Shown here one piece after another: positions 39,667 to 49,741 of a stretch of DNA of 64,000 bases (position 1 is the first letter of the stretch; each line of letters opens with the position of its first letter). This stretch comes from Thermodesulfobacteriota bacterium (GTDB taxonomy: Bacteria; Desulfobacterota; WTBG01; CAIYCZ01; CAIRTM01): positions 10,711-74,710 of the forward strand of contig JANQFE010000096.1 in NCBI GenBank assembly GCA_028278025.1. The letters run 5' to 3'. A program made the translations under genes and the position numbers. The notes under the pieces are model-generated. The model did not search any database and was not told the DNA's origin. It saw only the letters and a program-made list of their open reading frames with translations.

Positions 39667-41097
39667 TTATTCCGTTACCGTAACTGTTAGTGATGCAATA
39701 TCAGAAAGTTCGTTTTGGTAGTCACCTACCTGAACGCGGGCGGTATATTCACCCGGAACAAAATAAACATACTGGTATTGACTTAAAAATAAACATTCTG
39801 CTGGAAAACCGTCACCCATATCCCAGCAATAGAATTGGATGCCAGTGCCATCAGGATCATGAGCAGTACAGGTGAAAGTAAATATAGTTTGCAAGGCCAC
39901 ACCACTAGTCGGTTCGACAGTGAAAGAATCAATGATTGGAGCTCCGGAACCGGATGAAACAGACGTAGTTGTGGTTGGATCACCTGATATAGATGTGCTG
40001 GTAGTTGTATCCGCACCGGGTACGGTAGTGGTTGTGTTTGTTCCGTCGGGAACGGTAGTAGTTGCGGGGGGTGTCTCTCCGGTTTCGATATAGGTAATGG
40101 CCCGCTCAAGCACATAGTCATGGGTGTCGTCAAAGCTTTGCTCAGAGGATATCCCAATATCAGGAGGAACGCCGTTATCCTCTATCACTTTGTCATAATA
40201 GGTATAGGCCATCCAGCTGGAAATTGCATAGCTTACCCTGTTGGGCAGTTCATAGGTCTGGGGAAAGCCTGAGGCTCCGCGGGTTCGTTCACCGATAAGG
40301 GCAATGTTCGGATTGCGCTTCATCATCAGCGTGAACCATTCAGCCGAGCTCATGCAGCGTTTTCCGATCAGTCCTACAACCGGTCCACTGAAATGAGTAC
40401 CGGCATTGGGGTCCAGGGCATGAGACACGGGTGGGTCAAAATCGTCGTGGTTGGGACCGTTGCGGGTTGTTGTATAGCCGTACTCGTACGATTCATCAGT
40501 TAAACGGGAACAAAACAGCGCAGCATTTTCTTCATTTCCGCCGTTGTTCGCGCGGATATCGATAATCATGCCGTCGGCATTTGCATACTTCTGAAAAATC
40601 TCATCAATGGCATTATCGGTTATTGACCGAAAAGCACTGTCTTCCAGCGTAACGATATCAATGTAGGCAATATTATTGCCGACAATACCGTGCGTTATTG
40701 TTCCGTTGGCAAGGTCTGTTGCATCGGTTATATACTGACTTGTTACCGACCAATCGGGTCGATTAACGTTGTAGGAACCATCGTAGCCGTACACATTGCC
40801 TGTGGGCGATGCAACCGACACATGCCAGTCATGCAGTACCTGCAGCATTTCATTGAGCTGCTGGGCGAACTGCTCAGCATCCATTTCCTCCTGAAAGTTG
40901 GGTGCATACTGTTGCTTGACCGCGTTCCAGTCAACATTCTTATAGGTAAAGTACGAGTAATGCTGATCAAAATCGCTCCAGGCCTGCTCAAAGAGTTCAG
41001 AGGTGGGGGTTCCAATGATGCAGCCTCTTTGGCCGCAGATAAACGGTATACATGCCAAAAGCAGAAGCAACTGAAAGAATCTTATAAGATAGTTCAT
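39667..41097 (-). CDS. Secreted S41-family peptidase (tail-specific/C-terminal-processing protease-like) with Thr-rich linker and C-terminal PKD-like domain
   Basis: 'IIDIRANNGGNEENAA' and 'GKRCMSSAEWF' are S41-like motifs. 'TTTVPDGTNTTTTVPGADTTTS' linker. C-terminal PKD-like module shared with the 41203..42543 protein. Confidence 0.75.
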   Translation of the reverse strand: MNYLIRFFQLLLLLACIPFICGQRGCIIGTPTSELFEQAWSDFDQHYSYFTYKNVDWNAVKQQYAPNFQEEMDAEQFAQQLNEMLQVLHDWHVSVASPTGNVYGYDGSYNVNRPDWSVTSQYITDATDLANGTITHGIVGNNIAYIDIVTLEDSAFRSITDNAIDEIFQKYANADGMIIDIRANNGGNEENAALFCSRLTDESYEYGYTTTRNGPNHDDFDPPVSHALDPNAGTHFSGPVVGLIGKRCMSSAEWFTLMMKRNPNIALIGERTRGASGFPQTYELPNRVSYAISSWMAYTYYDKVIEDNGVPPDIGISSEQSFDDTHDYVLERAITYIETGETPPATTTVPDGTNTTTTVPGADTTTSTSISGDPTTTTSVSSGSGAPIIDSFTVEPTSGVALQTIFTFTCTAHDPDGTGIQFYCWDMGDGFPAECLFLSQYQYVYFVPGEYTARVQVGDYQNELSDIASLTVTVTE

Positions 41098-41202
41098 AAC
41101 AGTACTCCATAAAAAAACAGCAATTATTTACTTAATATAATACTTTGTTTTATATTGGATAAAAATATGCTAAAAACATATAATGCTATAATTATGAATT
41201 TT

Positions 41203-42543
41203 TTACTCCTCGGTAACTTCAAAAGATGCGGATGCTATAGTATAATTATCCTGGTCGTCCCATACAGACACATAAGCTGTAAAGGTTCCAGCAATATAGG
41301 CAGTAGCTGAAAAAGTGCTGCTGAGTGTTGTTGCATCCCATTCCCAGAATTGCTCGACAGAACCGCCGCTGCTGCCGTCAAAATCCCACCAGTACGCAAC
41401 AATTGAACCGTCCGGATCATGTGCCTCACACGTAAAGGTAAAAAATGTTTCATAAATCTGTCCGGAGGTAGGACTGATGGTAAAGGAATCAATGACAGGT
41501 GCCCCAGAGTTAGAATCAACAGTCGTTGTTGTTGTCGCAGTGCCGGGTACTGAAGAAGATGTAGTTGTATCACCACCCGGGGAAGGCGTATTTTCAAGCA
41601 ATCCGGGTCGGTATGCCAGGATGTTTGCCTGAATACGTTCAGCCTGACCGGGAGTGAATTCTGTTAAACAGGGATCAGAGGAATAATCCATATAGTTATG
41701 AATCGGGTCTTTGCCGGGGCGTAGCGGACAGGAATTGCGGGAATCAGGACAGCCGCTTGTAGAGGTACGCTGGGCCGGTGTATCATCTACATAATCCCCA
41801 TTGCCGTAACAAAAACGAGGGGCCTCGAAAGTATGGTAGAGACCCAGCCAATGACCGGTTTCATGGACGGCAGTATCGCCTTCATTGTAATCTTCAAAGT
41901 CGCCGCCGGGAAGGGAAGAGTATGTAACAACCACACCATCAACCGCAGGGGCAGACTCCAGATCCCATGGAAATTTGGCGTATCCGAGTTTGTTTTCTTC
42001 AAGAACGGCTGAGTAAAGATTTAAATAATAGTGAGGATCCAGGTTTAGGGCCGCTTTTGCTTCAACCTCTGAAGTTTCTTTTTCCATTTTAAACCACTCA
42101 GGATCATCAGTATAGTCTACTTGTACCAGCAGGAATTGTACACCCATTGACCGGTATGCTTGGTTCATAACATTTAATTGTGCATCAATATCTTCCTGTG
42201 TAAGGAGACCCTCCTGACCGTTATGCATAACATGAAAAGCAACCGGTATAGTCAGTCCAGAAGCTGGAAAGTCCTGGATCATGCCGCGTCTCTTGTTATA
42301 ATCAGGATCATCTGGATCAGGTAAAAGTGGTGAAATAGTTTCCTGTAGAAGCCGTGCTTCTTCAGGAGTAACATCACGAGTTGAGCACCGTATTATAGAA
42401 GATGGGGGTTCATTTTCACCATCAAGATAAGTTTCGGATGCAAATACTCCTGTTTTTCCTGAAAGAACATAACTGCTTGGAGAATAAACTAGAATTACAC
42501 TAAGAAATATAATTGCATACACATATAATCGTCTGCTTTTCAC
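41203..42543 (-). CDS. Secreted M43 (pappalysin/cytophagalysin-like) zinc metallopeptidase with Thr-rich linker and C-terminal PKD-like domain
   Basis: 'VHETGHWLGLYHTF' (HExxHxxGxxH). Signal peptide. C-terminal module paralogous to the S41 protein's. Confidence 0.8.
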   Translation of the reverse strand: MKSRRLYVYAIIFLSVILVYSPSSYVLSGKTGVFASETYLDGENEPPSSIIRCSTRDVTPEEARLLQETISPLLPDPDDPDYNKRRGMIQDFPASGLTIPVAFHVMHNGQEGLLTQEDIDAQLNVMNQAYRSMGVQFLLVQVDYTDDPEWFKMEKETSEVEAKAALNLDPHYYLNLYSAVLEENKLGYAKFPWDLESAPAVDGVVVTYSSLPGGDFEDYNEGDTAVHETGHWLGLYHTFEAPRFCYGNGDYVDDTPAQRTSTSGCPDSRNSCPLRPGKDPIHNYMDYSSDPCLTEFTPGQAERIQANILAYRPGLLENTPSPGGDTTTSSSVPGTATTTTTVDSNSGAPVIDSFTISPTSGQIYETFFTFTCEAHDPDGSIVAYWWDFDGSSGGSVEQFWEWDATTLSSTFSATAYIAGTFTAYVSVWDDQDNYTIASASFEVTEE

Positions 42544-42574
42544 ATAACCCCCCTTCTACAGTGAATATTAATAA

Positions 42575-43492
42575 TCACAACTCGCTATCGTCAAGCAAGC
42601 CCGGGCGATACATCAGGGTCATGGCCTGCATACGCTCATTCTGGCCAGGCGTAAACTCGTACAGGCAGGTATCATAGGAATAATCCATGTAATTGTGAAT
42701 TGGATCGAGCCCCGGCCGCAGGGGACAGGAATTGCGGGAATTCGGACAGCCGCTGGTAGAAGACCGCTGGGCCGGGGTATCAGCTACGTAATCCCCGTTT
42801 CCCGAGCAGAGCCTTTGACGCTGGAATGTATGGTAGAGACCAAGCCAATGTCCAACTTCATGCACTGCAGTATCACCCTCATTAAAGTTTTCGGTTTCTC
42901 CTCCCGGGATTGAAGAATAAAGCATTACCACTCCGTCCACTTCGGGATTTGTTGCCAGATCCGACGGAAATTTGGCATACCCGAGCAGGCTGTCTTCCAG
43001 TCCGGCTGAATACAGGTTTAAATAATTGAAAGGATCAAGGTTAAGGGCCGATTTTGCCTCTAACTCAATCTCACCTCTTTCCATGGTAAACCATACAGGA
43101 TCGTCAGTAAAATCAACCTGTGCCAGCGAGAACTGAAAACCGGTACCCTGGTAGGCCTCATTCATAACACTGATCTGGGCATCAATATCTTCCTGGGTAA
43201 GCAGCCCGTCATCACCATTGTGCATCACGTGAAAAGCTACCGGGATGACTATTCCTTCTGCTGGAAAATCCTGGATCATACTGTTCTGATTCTTGGAGCC
43301 CGGGGCATCCCGATCAGGTAACAGAGGAGCAATTATTTCCTGAATCCGTTGGGCTTCTGCAGGCGCTACATCACGTGTTCCACAACGAATGACTGTGGTA
43401 CTTTCCCCAAAGGATGGAGTTGTGTTTATGGCAAAAACCGGTAAAAAAACAGCGATTGCACTAAATAACCTACCTACATTTTTCATGCTCAA
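42575..43492 (-). CDS. Secreted M43 zinc metallopeptidase (tandem paralog, lacks C-terminal extension)
   Basis: 'VHEVGHWLGLYHTF'. Collinear with 41203..42543 over the catalytic domain. Confidence 0.8.
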   Translation of the reverse strand: MSMKNVGRLFSAIAVFLPVFAINTTPSFGESTTVIRCGTRDVAPAEAQRIQEIIAPLLPDRDAPGSKNQNSMIQDFPAEGIVIPVAFHVMHNGDDGLLTQEDIDAQISVMNEAYQGTGFQFSLAQVDFTDDPVWFTMERGEIELEAKSALNLDPFNYLNLYSAGLEDSLLGYAKFPSDLATNPEVDGVVMLYSSIPGGETENFNEGDTAVHEVGHWLGLYHTFQRQRLCSGNGDYVADTPAQRSSTSGCPNSRNSCPLRPGLDPIHNYMDYSYDTCLYEFTPGQNERMQAMTLMYRPGLLDDSEL

Positions 43493-43543
43493 TCCTCCAA
43501 CAAAAATTGTACTATTAATGATTTTACATTACAATAATATACT

Positions 43544-45754
43544 CTATTCAATAGTTAAATCGTTTAACAGGGTACCCGTAAGCAAATCGTTTTGTAATGT
43601 TTCAATAGCATAAGTCAAATCAGGCCCGGCATGCTGCTTTAGTGCTTCACACAATTTATTTATACGGGATATCTCAAAAGAAGTGAGTTTTAGATGATTC
43701 TTTTTAACGGCATAGTCCAGTGCGGGCAGCAGGTCAACCAGAGTTTTACCTGCCAGGGCTCTCACCTTGGGCTTGTTTGTTACAATTGAAACAACTTCTG
43801 CAGTATGCAGATAATACAAATCAATTAATTCTCTGCCATAACCTGTCTTGCGAAGCACTGTATCCCTGAAATTTCTTATTAATGCAGTTTTTGCAGATTT
43901 GTGGCCGAGTAACCGGGCAATACCGCAAGCACCGCCGCTGACTGTTGTGGTTGTGTCTCCGCCACCACCACTAGGAACAGTGGTGGTGCCCGGTGTAACG
44001 CTGGCACTGGTTTCATGAAATCTAATGCTGGGGCCAGCATCAGCAGGAGCGCTCCAGGCACCATCGACTTTGCGGTATACTGCACCGCTGTTATGAATGT
44101 TGACACTGTCGGCAGTCGGTCCCTGGGCACTGACGGTAAAATTACTGTTGTAGCCGTAACGTCCCGAAGCTTCATTTGCAAGATTGGCAAAATAAAAGCT
44201 CTTTAACAAGTCTTCCCATGACCCAATACCAGAGATTCTTTGAGACGCTGCCCCAACAACACCCTGATAGTCATGCACACCATTAGCAATCATATAGTCA
44301 AGGATTGCTTTAAATATATCCTGACCCGTTGACGATTGAATTGCAAGGTACTGACCAAACAGATATGAAAGGGTATAATTTGCAAAAACATCACCCTGGT
44401 TATCCCAGAATGAAAGGCCATGGCCGTTTTTAATGCTGTCACGGGGGTCAATGTTGTAGTATTCGATTCTATCTGCAAGATAGCCCTGGCCCTGCATGCT
44501 GGGGTGCGAATATGCAGTATCATTTTGGAGCTTATATTTGAAATACATGGTTTCAGAAGCCATAGCCATCATTTCATCTATCCAGACATCTGAAAAATCA
44601 CCGCTGTTGCCCTGGGTCCAGACTTTAATGCAGAAGTGAACCAGGTGCTGATATTCATGAACAAGCGTTGTAAGATTGTAATTATAGAAATCATAATCTG
44701 TCTCAGTTGACCACCCTTGCGGCTCGTTGCCCCTGATGTAAATAATATCCATTTCATTGCTGCGGATTCCCTGTACACTGGTCGTGGAATCATTAAGGTA
44801 ATCCTTGCTCCAGAAATAGCCGCCCATATAACCGGTAGCAACACTGCCGTCGTCATTCATGGCATACAGCAGTACGGCAACCTTGTTATCTCCGTTTCTG
44901 TCGGTAAAAACACCGATATTGTCTCTAACAACTGTGTACATAGTTTCAAACTCGGTTGCATACTCTTCAAGGTTTTCATTTGAGATAGAAATAGTATTAT
45001 CTACAAAAATGTTTGCATGCGTACCTGACTTCTGTACGGTGGCCGACACCTGACGCCAGGCAGAATCATTATTATCCTTAACCCAGAAAAAGCCGGTATC
45101 GCCGACATCATAAACCGTAACATCCTCAGAGTGTAACGTCTCAGCTCTTTTTTTAAGAACTTCTTTTGTCTGCCTGATCGACGATAAATCAGGGCGAGGG
45201 AAGGGCTGATCATGCCAACGGATTAGCGGCTTGCCGTCCTGCCTGTACAACATGGGTGTGCTTTCAAAAAAGCTTGTACCAGGAAGGGTGCCCGACGATT
45301 CGGGAGAATCATTTTCACCATTGCCGTTAATATTAATTGCCGCAATATACTGACCAGCCGAGGAGGAGCCGCCGGGAATAGTTGTGGTTGTATCACTGCC
45401 GGGGACAGTAGTTGTCGTACCGCCTTCAGGTATTGTAGTTGTTGACGGAGAAGAATCTTTTAAGCATTGCTGATCTGCATTATAATAATCACCACATGAT
45501 GTACCTGCAGGACAGCACCAGTAATTAAAAACATCGTCAAAACAGCATACCGTAAAATCCTGGTGGCAGCAGAAATAATCAAAGCCGTCAAAACATTCAA
45601 TTGTGTATTCCGGAAATCCACTGGGTGGACAATTTTGACCATACGAAATACCCTGCGGCAGCAGCAAAGGGTGGAAAAACAAAAGCAAAGGTAATTGGAA
45701 ATAGATTCTCAGTTTCATTCGATATGCTCCATGATAGATATTTAAAATATTCAT
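43544..45754 (-). CDS. Secreted M30 (hyicolysin)-like metallopeptidase with Thr-rich linkers and the conserved C-terminal domain (CTD-D); paralog of 3007..6423
   Basis: 'TTLVHEYQHLVHFC...WIDEMMAMASETMYFKYKL'. C-terminus 'ALIRNFRDTVLRKTGYGRELIDLYY'. The true start is possibly M13 (MKLRIYF..., 45718). Confidence 0.8.
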   Translation of the reverse strand: MNILNIYHGAYRMKLRIYFQLPLLLFFHPLLLPQGISYGQNCPPSGFPEYTIECFDGFDYFCCHQDFTVCCFDDVFNYWCCPAGTSCGDYYNADQQCLKDSSPSTTTIPEGGTTTTVPGSDTTTTIPGGSSSAGQYIAAININGNGENDSPESSGTLPGTSFFESTPMLYRQDGKPLIRWHDQPFPRPDLSSIRQTKEVLKKRAETLHSEDVTVYDVGDTGFFWVKDNNDSAWRQVSATVQKSGTHANIFVDNTISISNENLEEYATEFETMYTVVRDNIGVFTDRNGDNKVAVLLYAMNDDGSVATGYMGGYFWSKDYLNDSTTSVQGIRSNEMDIIYIRGNEPQGWSTETDYDFYNYNLTTLVHEYQHLVHFCIKVWTQGNSGDFSDVWIDEMMAMASETMYFKYKLQNDTAYSHPSMQGQGYLADRIEYYNIDPRDSIKNGHGLSFWDNQGDVFANYTLSYLFGQYLAIQSSTGQDIFKAILDYMIANGVHDYQGVVGAASQRISGIGSWEDLLKSFYFANLANEASGRYGYNSNFTVSAQGPTADSVNIHNSGAVYRKVDGAWSAPADAGPSIRFHETSASVTPGTTTVPSGGGGDTTTTVSGGACGIARLLGHKSAKTALIRNFRDTVLRKTGYGRELIDLYYLHTAEVVSIVTNKPKVRALAGKTLVDLLPALDYAVKKNHLKLTSFEISRINKLCEALKQHAGPDLTYAIETLQNDLLTGTLLNDLTIE

Positions 45755-45777
45755 GATTGTTTTACGGTCATGAGTGG

Positions 45778-47256
45778 CTACTCCACAATTTCAAAATCAG
45801 CAGACATCGTGTTAGATTGCTCATCCGCTGAAATGTTCGTAACACTTACACCGGTATCAGTGCCGGTGTAATCACTGCTGTTAGGAATTGACTCGGGTGT
45901 AAATTCAGTCCCCGGTACATAAAAATCATCGGGATCGAAATATGATTCCTGCCATGACAGGTTCTCAATCTCCTCACGTCCGTCAGCCTCCATAAGGCGC
46001 AGCAGTTTATGGTCTGTATAGCTGTTGTCGAAAGCAAAATCAGTCCCTTCCATGTTAAGGACTGCATCAACATGCCAGATAAGATACCCGTTATTCGGGA
46101 TATTGTAATCATTTTCAGTTGCTGAGCGGTGCTGTACCAGAAAATATTCTGAGAACGGATCAATGCTGCCGGTTTGCGAAGGCATTATGGCAATGCAATC
46201 CTGCATTTCAGATGATGGATTGAGTGCCGGGGCCTTTGAGCCGCCGGTTATAACATCGGGCGTGATCCAGCCCAGCATCCATTTGCTGAAACAGTTATGA
46301 TCAAACTCATTGCCGTCCATCATATCAAGCCCGCCCACACCCCCGCCTGGGCCCTGATTCTCATCATAATCATAATAGTCGGGCAATCCAAGCGCATGCC
46401 CGGTTTCATGAATAATTGTTACCGGAGAGTATACATACTCCTCCAGTCGTTCATTGATTTCCCACTGCCAGGAGAAAACGCCGAGCCTTTTTCCATCGAT
46501 GGTGAACGGATCGCCGGCCCAAAGGGCACCGTCGTGCTGGGCCCACCCCCACCAGACAGAGCCCCAGCCGGTATCGGGCCCGGTCCAGATAACCGCAAAA
46601 TAGTCTATTGTGCCATCTCCATCATTGTCATATTGTGCAAAGTCGTGCGAACCGTCATAAGAAAGTAATGCTTCTTTAATCAGTTTCTTTATGCCGTTGA
46701 TACTATGTCTGGTAAATAAACCAAAGCTGTACCAGCCCCTTCTGTGCTGAGCTTGATACCATCCCAACACATCGCCCTGGATAGTGAGCGATCCGTATGA
46801 TGAACGGTCATAATAATTGGTAAGACTTTCATAGGGGTATTCGGACTGATCCCCATCTCCAAAAATTTTTCTATTAAAAACTGCTACATCCGTTGCATGT
46901 GGAAAATTGGGAAACTCAATAAGTAAAATGAAAATCTTCGGGGTACCTTGGGACGGCAATCCGGTATTATAAGGAAACAGGGCTTCTGTAGGGTCTTGCT
47001 GTAATAATCTTACCCCCGGTTTTTTTTGCTGAATGAGGGAGGGGTGGAATCGGTGATTATTTAAAAACCGGACAAAACTGATGCGATGATCAAAGCTGCC
47101 GTCCCTTTTATAGCGCTCTATTTCCCCAGGTTGTGGCGGCTCAAGACAAAAGGCATCAGGGGGGAGCATACAAAGAACCAGCGCAGATATAGTGATATAA
47201 TTTATAGAAAAAAAATATTTTACTGATTTTTTGTTATGTTTTTGGTTTTTGATCAT
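45778..47256 (-). CDS. Secreted M6 (immune inhibitor A-like) metallopeptidase
   Basis: 'IIHETGHALGLPDYYDYD' (M6 HExxH...LGLPD motif). N-terminal signal/TM. Confidence 0.7.
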   Translation of the reverse strand: MIKNQKHNKKSVKYFFSINYITISALVLCMLPPDAFCLEPPQPGEIERYKRDGSFDHRISFVRFLNNHRFHPSLIQQKKPGVRLLQQDPTEALFPYNTGLPSQGTPKIFILLIEFPNFPHATDVAVFNRKIFGDGDQSEYPYESLTNYYDRSSYGSLTIQGDVLGWYQAQHRRGWYSFGLFTRHSINGIKKLIKEALLSYDGSHDFAQYDNDGDGTIDYFAVIWTGPDTGWGSVWWGWAQHDGALWAGDPFTIDGKRLGVFSWQWEINERLEEYVYSPVTIIHETGHALGLPDYYDYDENQGPGGGVGGLDMMDGNEFDHNCFSKWMLGWITPDVITGGSKAPALNPSSEMQDCIAIMPSQTGSIDPFSEYFLVQHRSATENDYNIPNNGYLIWHVDAVLNMEGTDFAFDNSYTDHKLLRLMEADGREEIENLSWQESYFDPDDFYVPGTEFTPESIPNSSDYTGTDTGVSVTNISADEQSNTMSADFEIVE

Positions 47257-47607
47257 ATTAGGTATTCCTAAAGGGTAAATAGTTAAAATAATACAAAAAA
47301 AATAACGAATATGGTGATAACAGGTTTTGATAAAAAAGTGTCGGAGAAAAGAAATATGGTAGATGTTTTTTCACAGGTTAGAGGCCTTATAGGTAACATG
47401 CTTTAGTAATAAGCATAATTATATTAATATCATACTGTACTTGAAAAAGAAAGTTCCAAACGACTATACAATAGTGGAATAATTAGTAAAAAGTAAAGGA
47501 AATAAGGATTGCAAAATATATTTTTAAAAAATTACAAGACAACAACTCCCGGATTGAAGCAGGACGTCTACGCCCCAACAGTTTTTTTACAGTTGCCGGG
47601 TTGTCTC

Positions 47608-47637
47608 TTGAAAATTATTAATATTTCATTATATATA
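47608..47637 (+). promoter_or_regulatory. Sigma70-like promoter (TTGAAA-N18-TATATA) of the candidate small RNA
   Basis: Read directly. The transcript would start near 47644 at GGAAGGAGG. Confidence 0.35.
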
Positions 47638-47640
47638 TAA

Positions 47641-47890
47641 GTGGAAGGAGGTGTGTTCAGCTCGATACCCTTGGGCAAAAATTATAAAATTTTGATTACC
47701 ACAGTATGCTGTGGAAACCGACTGATAATTACAAAATGTCAGTTGGTCAAAAAAAGATTGTTAACTTAGCAGAAAGGATTTTCTAACACAAATTCTTTTG
47801 CACTAAAAATAAATTCACCTCCTTCCTTCCACTTTTTTAAAAATGGGTTTTATAAAAAGCAGGATTACCATATAGTCCTGCTTTTTTATA
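47641..47890 (+). ncRNA. Candidate small RNA (about 250 nt). The 5' GGAAGGAGGUG is complementary to the 3' CACCUCCUUCCUUCC, giving a terminal clamp stem, followed by an intrinsic terminator (8-bp stem 47857-47883 plus U-tract)
   Basis: Long-range inverted repeat gtggaaggaggtg (47641) / cacctccttccttccac (47817). Terminator aaaaagcagga-loop-tcctgctttttt. No convincing ORF; the best candidate is a 26-aa peptide. Confidence 0.35.
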
Positions 47891-48400
47891 TTTGATTAAG
47901 AAGTCTTCAGATTAGTAAAAAAAAGAATTTGGTTAAGTAACTTATTTTTTCTTGTTTCATAGAATCAACCGTACTATATTTTTACATAACGTGCTGAACA
48001 TATGTTGTGCTTGTTGGCTTGTTTTTAAGATTATAACATTGAACGAATACTGGTACAGCGTCACCGATGAACTGACACATTAAAGTGTGACGCCGTACTA
48101 GGCCGCTAATGCAGAGCAGTATGCGAAAAAGAAAAAAAGCAGTCAATATCCAGAGTACCTTTAGATGGTGTGACAGGGAAGAAAAGTATATTGCAATTGC
48201 CTCCTGTACCAAAAAGGGCGCAATAAAACCACGTTGCCGCAAATGTTTGATGACATGGCAGCGAACTCGCTATCAGTTGCCTTTGCCGTTTTCGATTGAG
48301 CAAAGGCGGTCAAAGCGATGAATTTATTATAATCACAATACTGCCGAACCGAACTATTTTTGAGGAAGACACTATCCGTGTAATTAGAGTTATACAATAG

Positions 48401-49714
48401 ATGCAACAAGCAGGTAAATACTGCTATCCTGTAACTGCCCGGGCTAATATCATGTTTAGATTTTCACCAAAAGAATCTGTTTGGGTCTCATGGCTATATG
48501 TTGCGCTATGTACAATTGTTATTTACGGCACTATACCATTTGCGCGCGTTATTCAGAAATTTATTGACGAACAATACGGCAGACAGTTTTTTTTTAATCT
48601 TACTCTCACCTGTATAATAATAACTATTTTTTTTCTGGTAGTATACCTCTTGCGTATACGCACGTTGCTCATAGTGCGGAAAGTTTTATGGCTGCTCACG
48701 GCCGGAGGTGTTTGGATATACTCCATAATGCAGTTTAAACATTCTCCGGAAGAGACGCTGCATTTTATTGAATACGGTTTGGTAGGATTGTTGCTTTACC
48801 GTGCACTTATGCATCATGTAAAAGACCCATTGATATATCCATGTGCTGTCTTAGTGGGTATTATCATCGGCATTCTTGATGAAATAATTCAATGGATAAC
48901 TCCCGGCAGGTATTGGCATATACGTGATGTGTTTATTAACTCATTGTCGGTTTTTTTGATGCAGGTGACAATATCTATGGGAATCCAGCCGGCAGCTATA
49001 TCCTATCCAATTAAGAAGGCCTCACTGCGTTTGGTTTGTCGCCTGAGTATCGCTGTATTGATACTTTTGGGTCTCTGCCTTTCAAATACACCCCAAAATG
49101 TTATGTGGTATGCCGACCGCATACCCGGATTGAAATTTCTAAAAAAAAATGAAAACATGATGACAGAATATGGTTATCGCCATATTGATCCTGATATCGG
49201 GACATTTTATTCTCGTTTTACCTTGCGGGATATTTATAATGAAGACAAGCATCGATACGCTGAGGTTGCTGCCATTATCGACAGCTATCAGGGTCGCGAA
49301 GGGTATAAGAATTTCCTGAAGACCTATACACCAGCGGTTGACCCATTTGCGCATGAGGTACGAGTACGCTTGTTTAGACGTAATTATTATTTAAAAGAAC
49401 AGGCTGATTACAATGAAAATGATGATCAGAAATATGATTACTGCACAATTGCATATAAAGAACATCAGTTGATTCGAAAATACTTCAGTGCTACGCTGTT
49501 GCATTCTGCATATATGATCTCTGATGAGACTATTGATTATCTGCGTGCCAGGCTTAATACAAACACGCATTATGTGAGCAAGGTAAGCATGCAGCTTATT
49601 ACTTCCTTTTCAAAGAAACAGATACTGGTTATTATTGCAGCGCTGTTAATTATATTGTTTTTCATTGATCGTTATTATTGCAGGTGCGTAACAACAGAAA
49701 AAAGCAAAACTTAA
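48401..49714 (+). CDS. VanZ-like family membrane protein with long C-terminal extension
   Basis: 'GILDEIIQWITPGRYWHIRDVFINSLSVF' matches the VanZ DExxQxxxPxRxxxxxDxxxN signature. Confidence 0.55.
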   Translation: MQQAGKYCYPVTARANIMFRFSPKESVWVSWLYVALCTIVIYGTIPFARVIQKFIDEQYGRQFFFNLTLTCIIITIFFLVVYLLRIRTLLIVRKVLWLLTAGGVWIYSIMQFKHSPEETLHFIEYGLVGLLLYRALMHHVKDPLIYPCAVLVGIIIGILDEIIQWITPGRYWHIRDVFINSLSVFLMQVTISMGIQPAAISYPIKKASLRLVCRLSIAVLILLGLCLSNTPQNVMWYADRIPGLKFLKKNENMMTEYGYRHIDPDIGTFYSRFTLRDIYNEDKHRYAEVAAIIDSYQGREGYKNFLKTYTPAVDPFAHEVRVRLFRRNYYLKEQADYNENDDQKYDYCTIAYKEHQLIRKYFSATLLHSAYMISDETIDYLRARLNTNTHYVSKVSMQLITSFSKKQILVIIAALLIILFFIDRYYCRCVTTEKSKT

Positions 49715-49741
49715 AAAAAAGACATACAGAAAAAGATTGCA

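Noticed and set aside
47981-48409. Cluster of overlapping 65-86-aa ORFs on both strands in the 1.1-kb intergenic region
   Set aside because: They overlap mutually, and none has an SD or a recognisable motif. The region more plausibly holds promoters and structured RNA.
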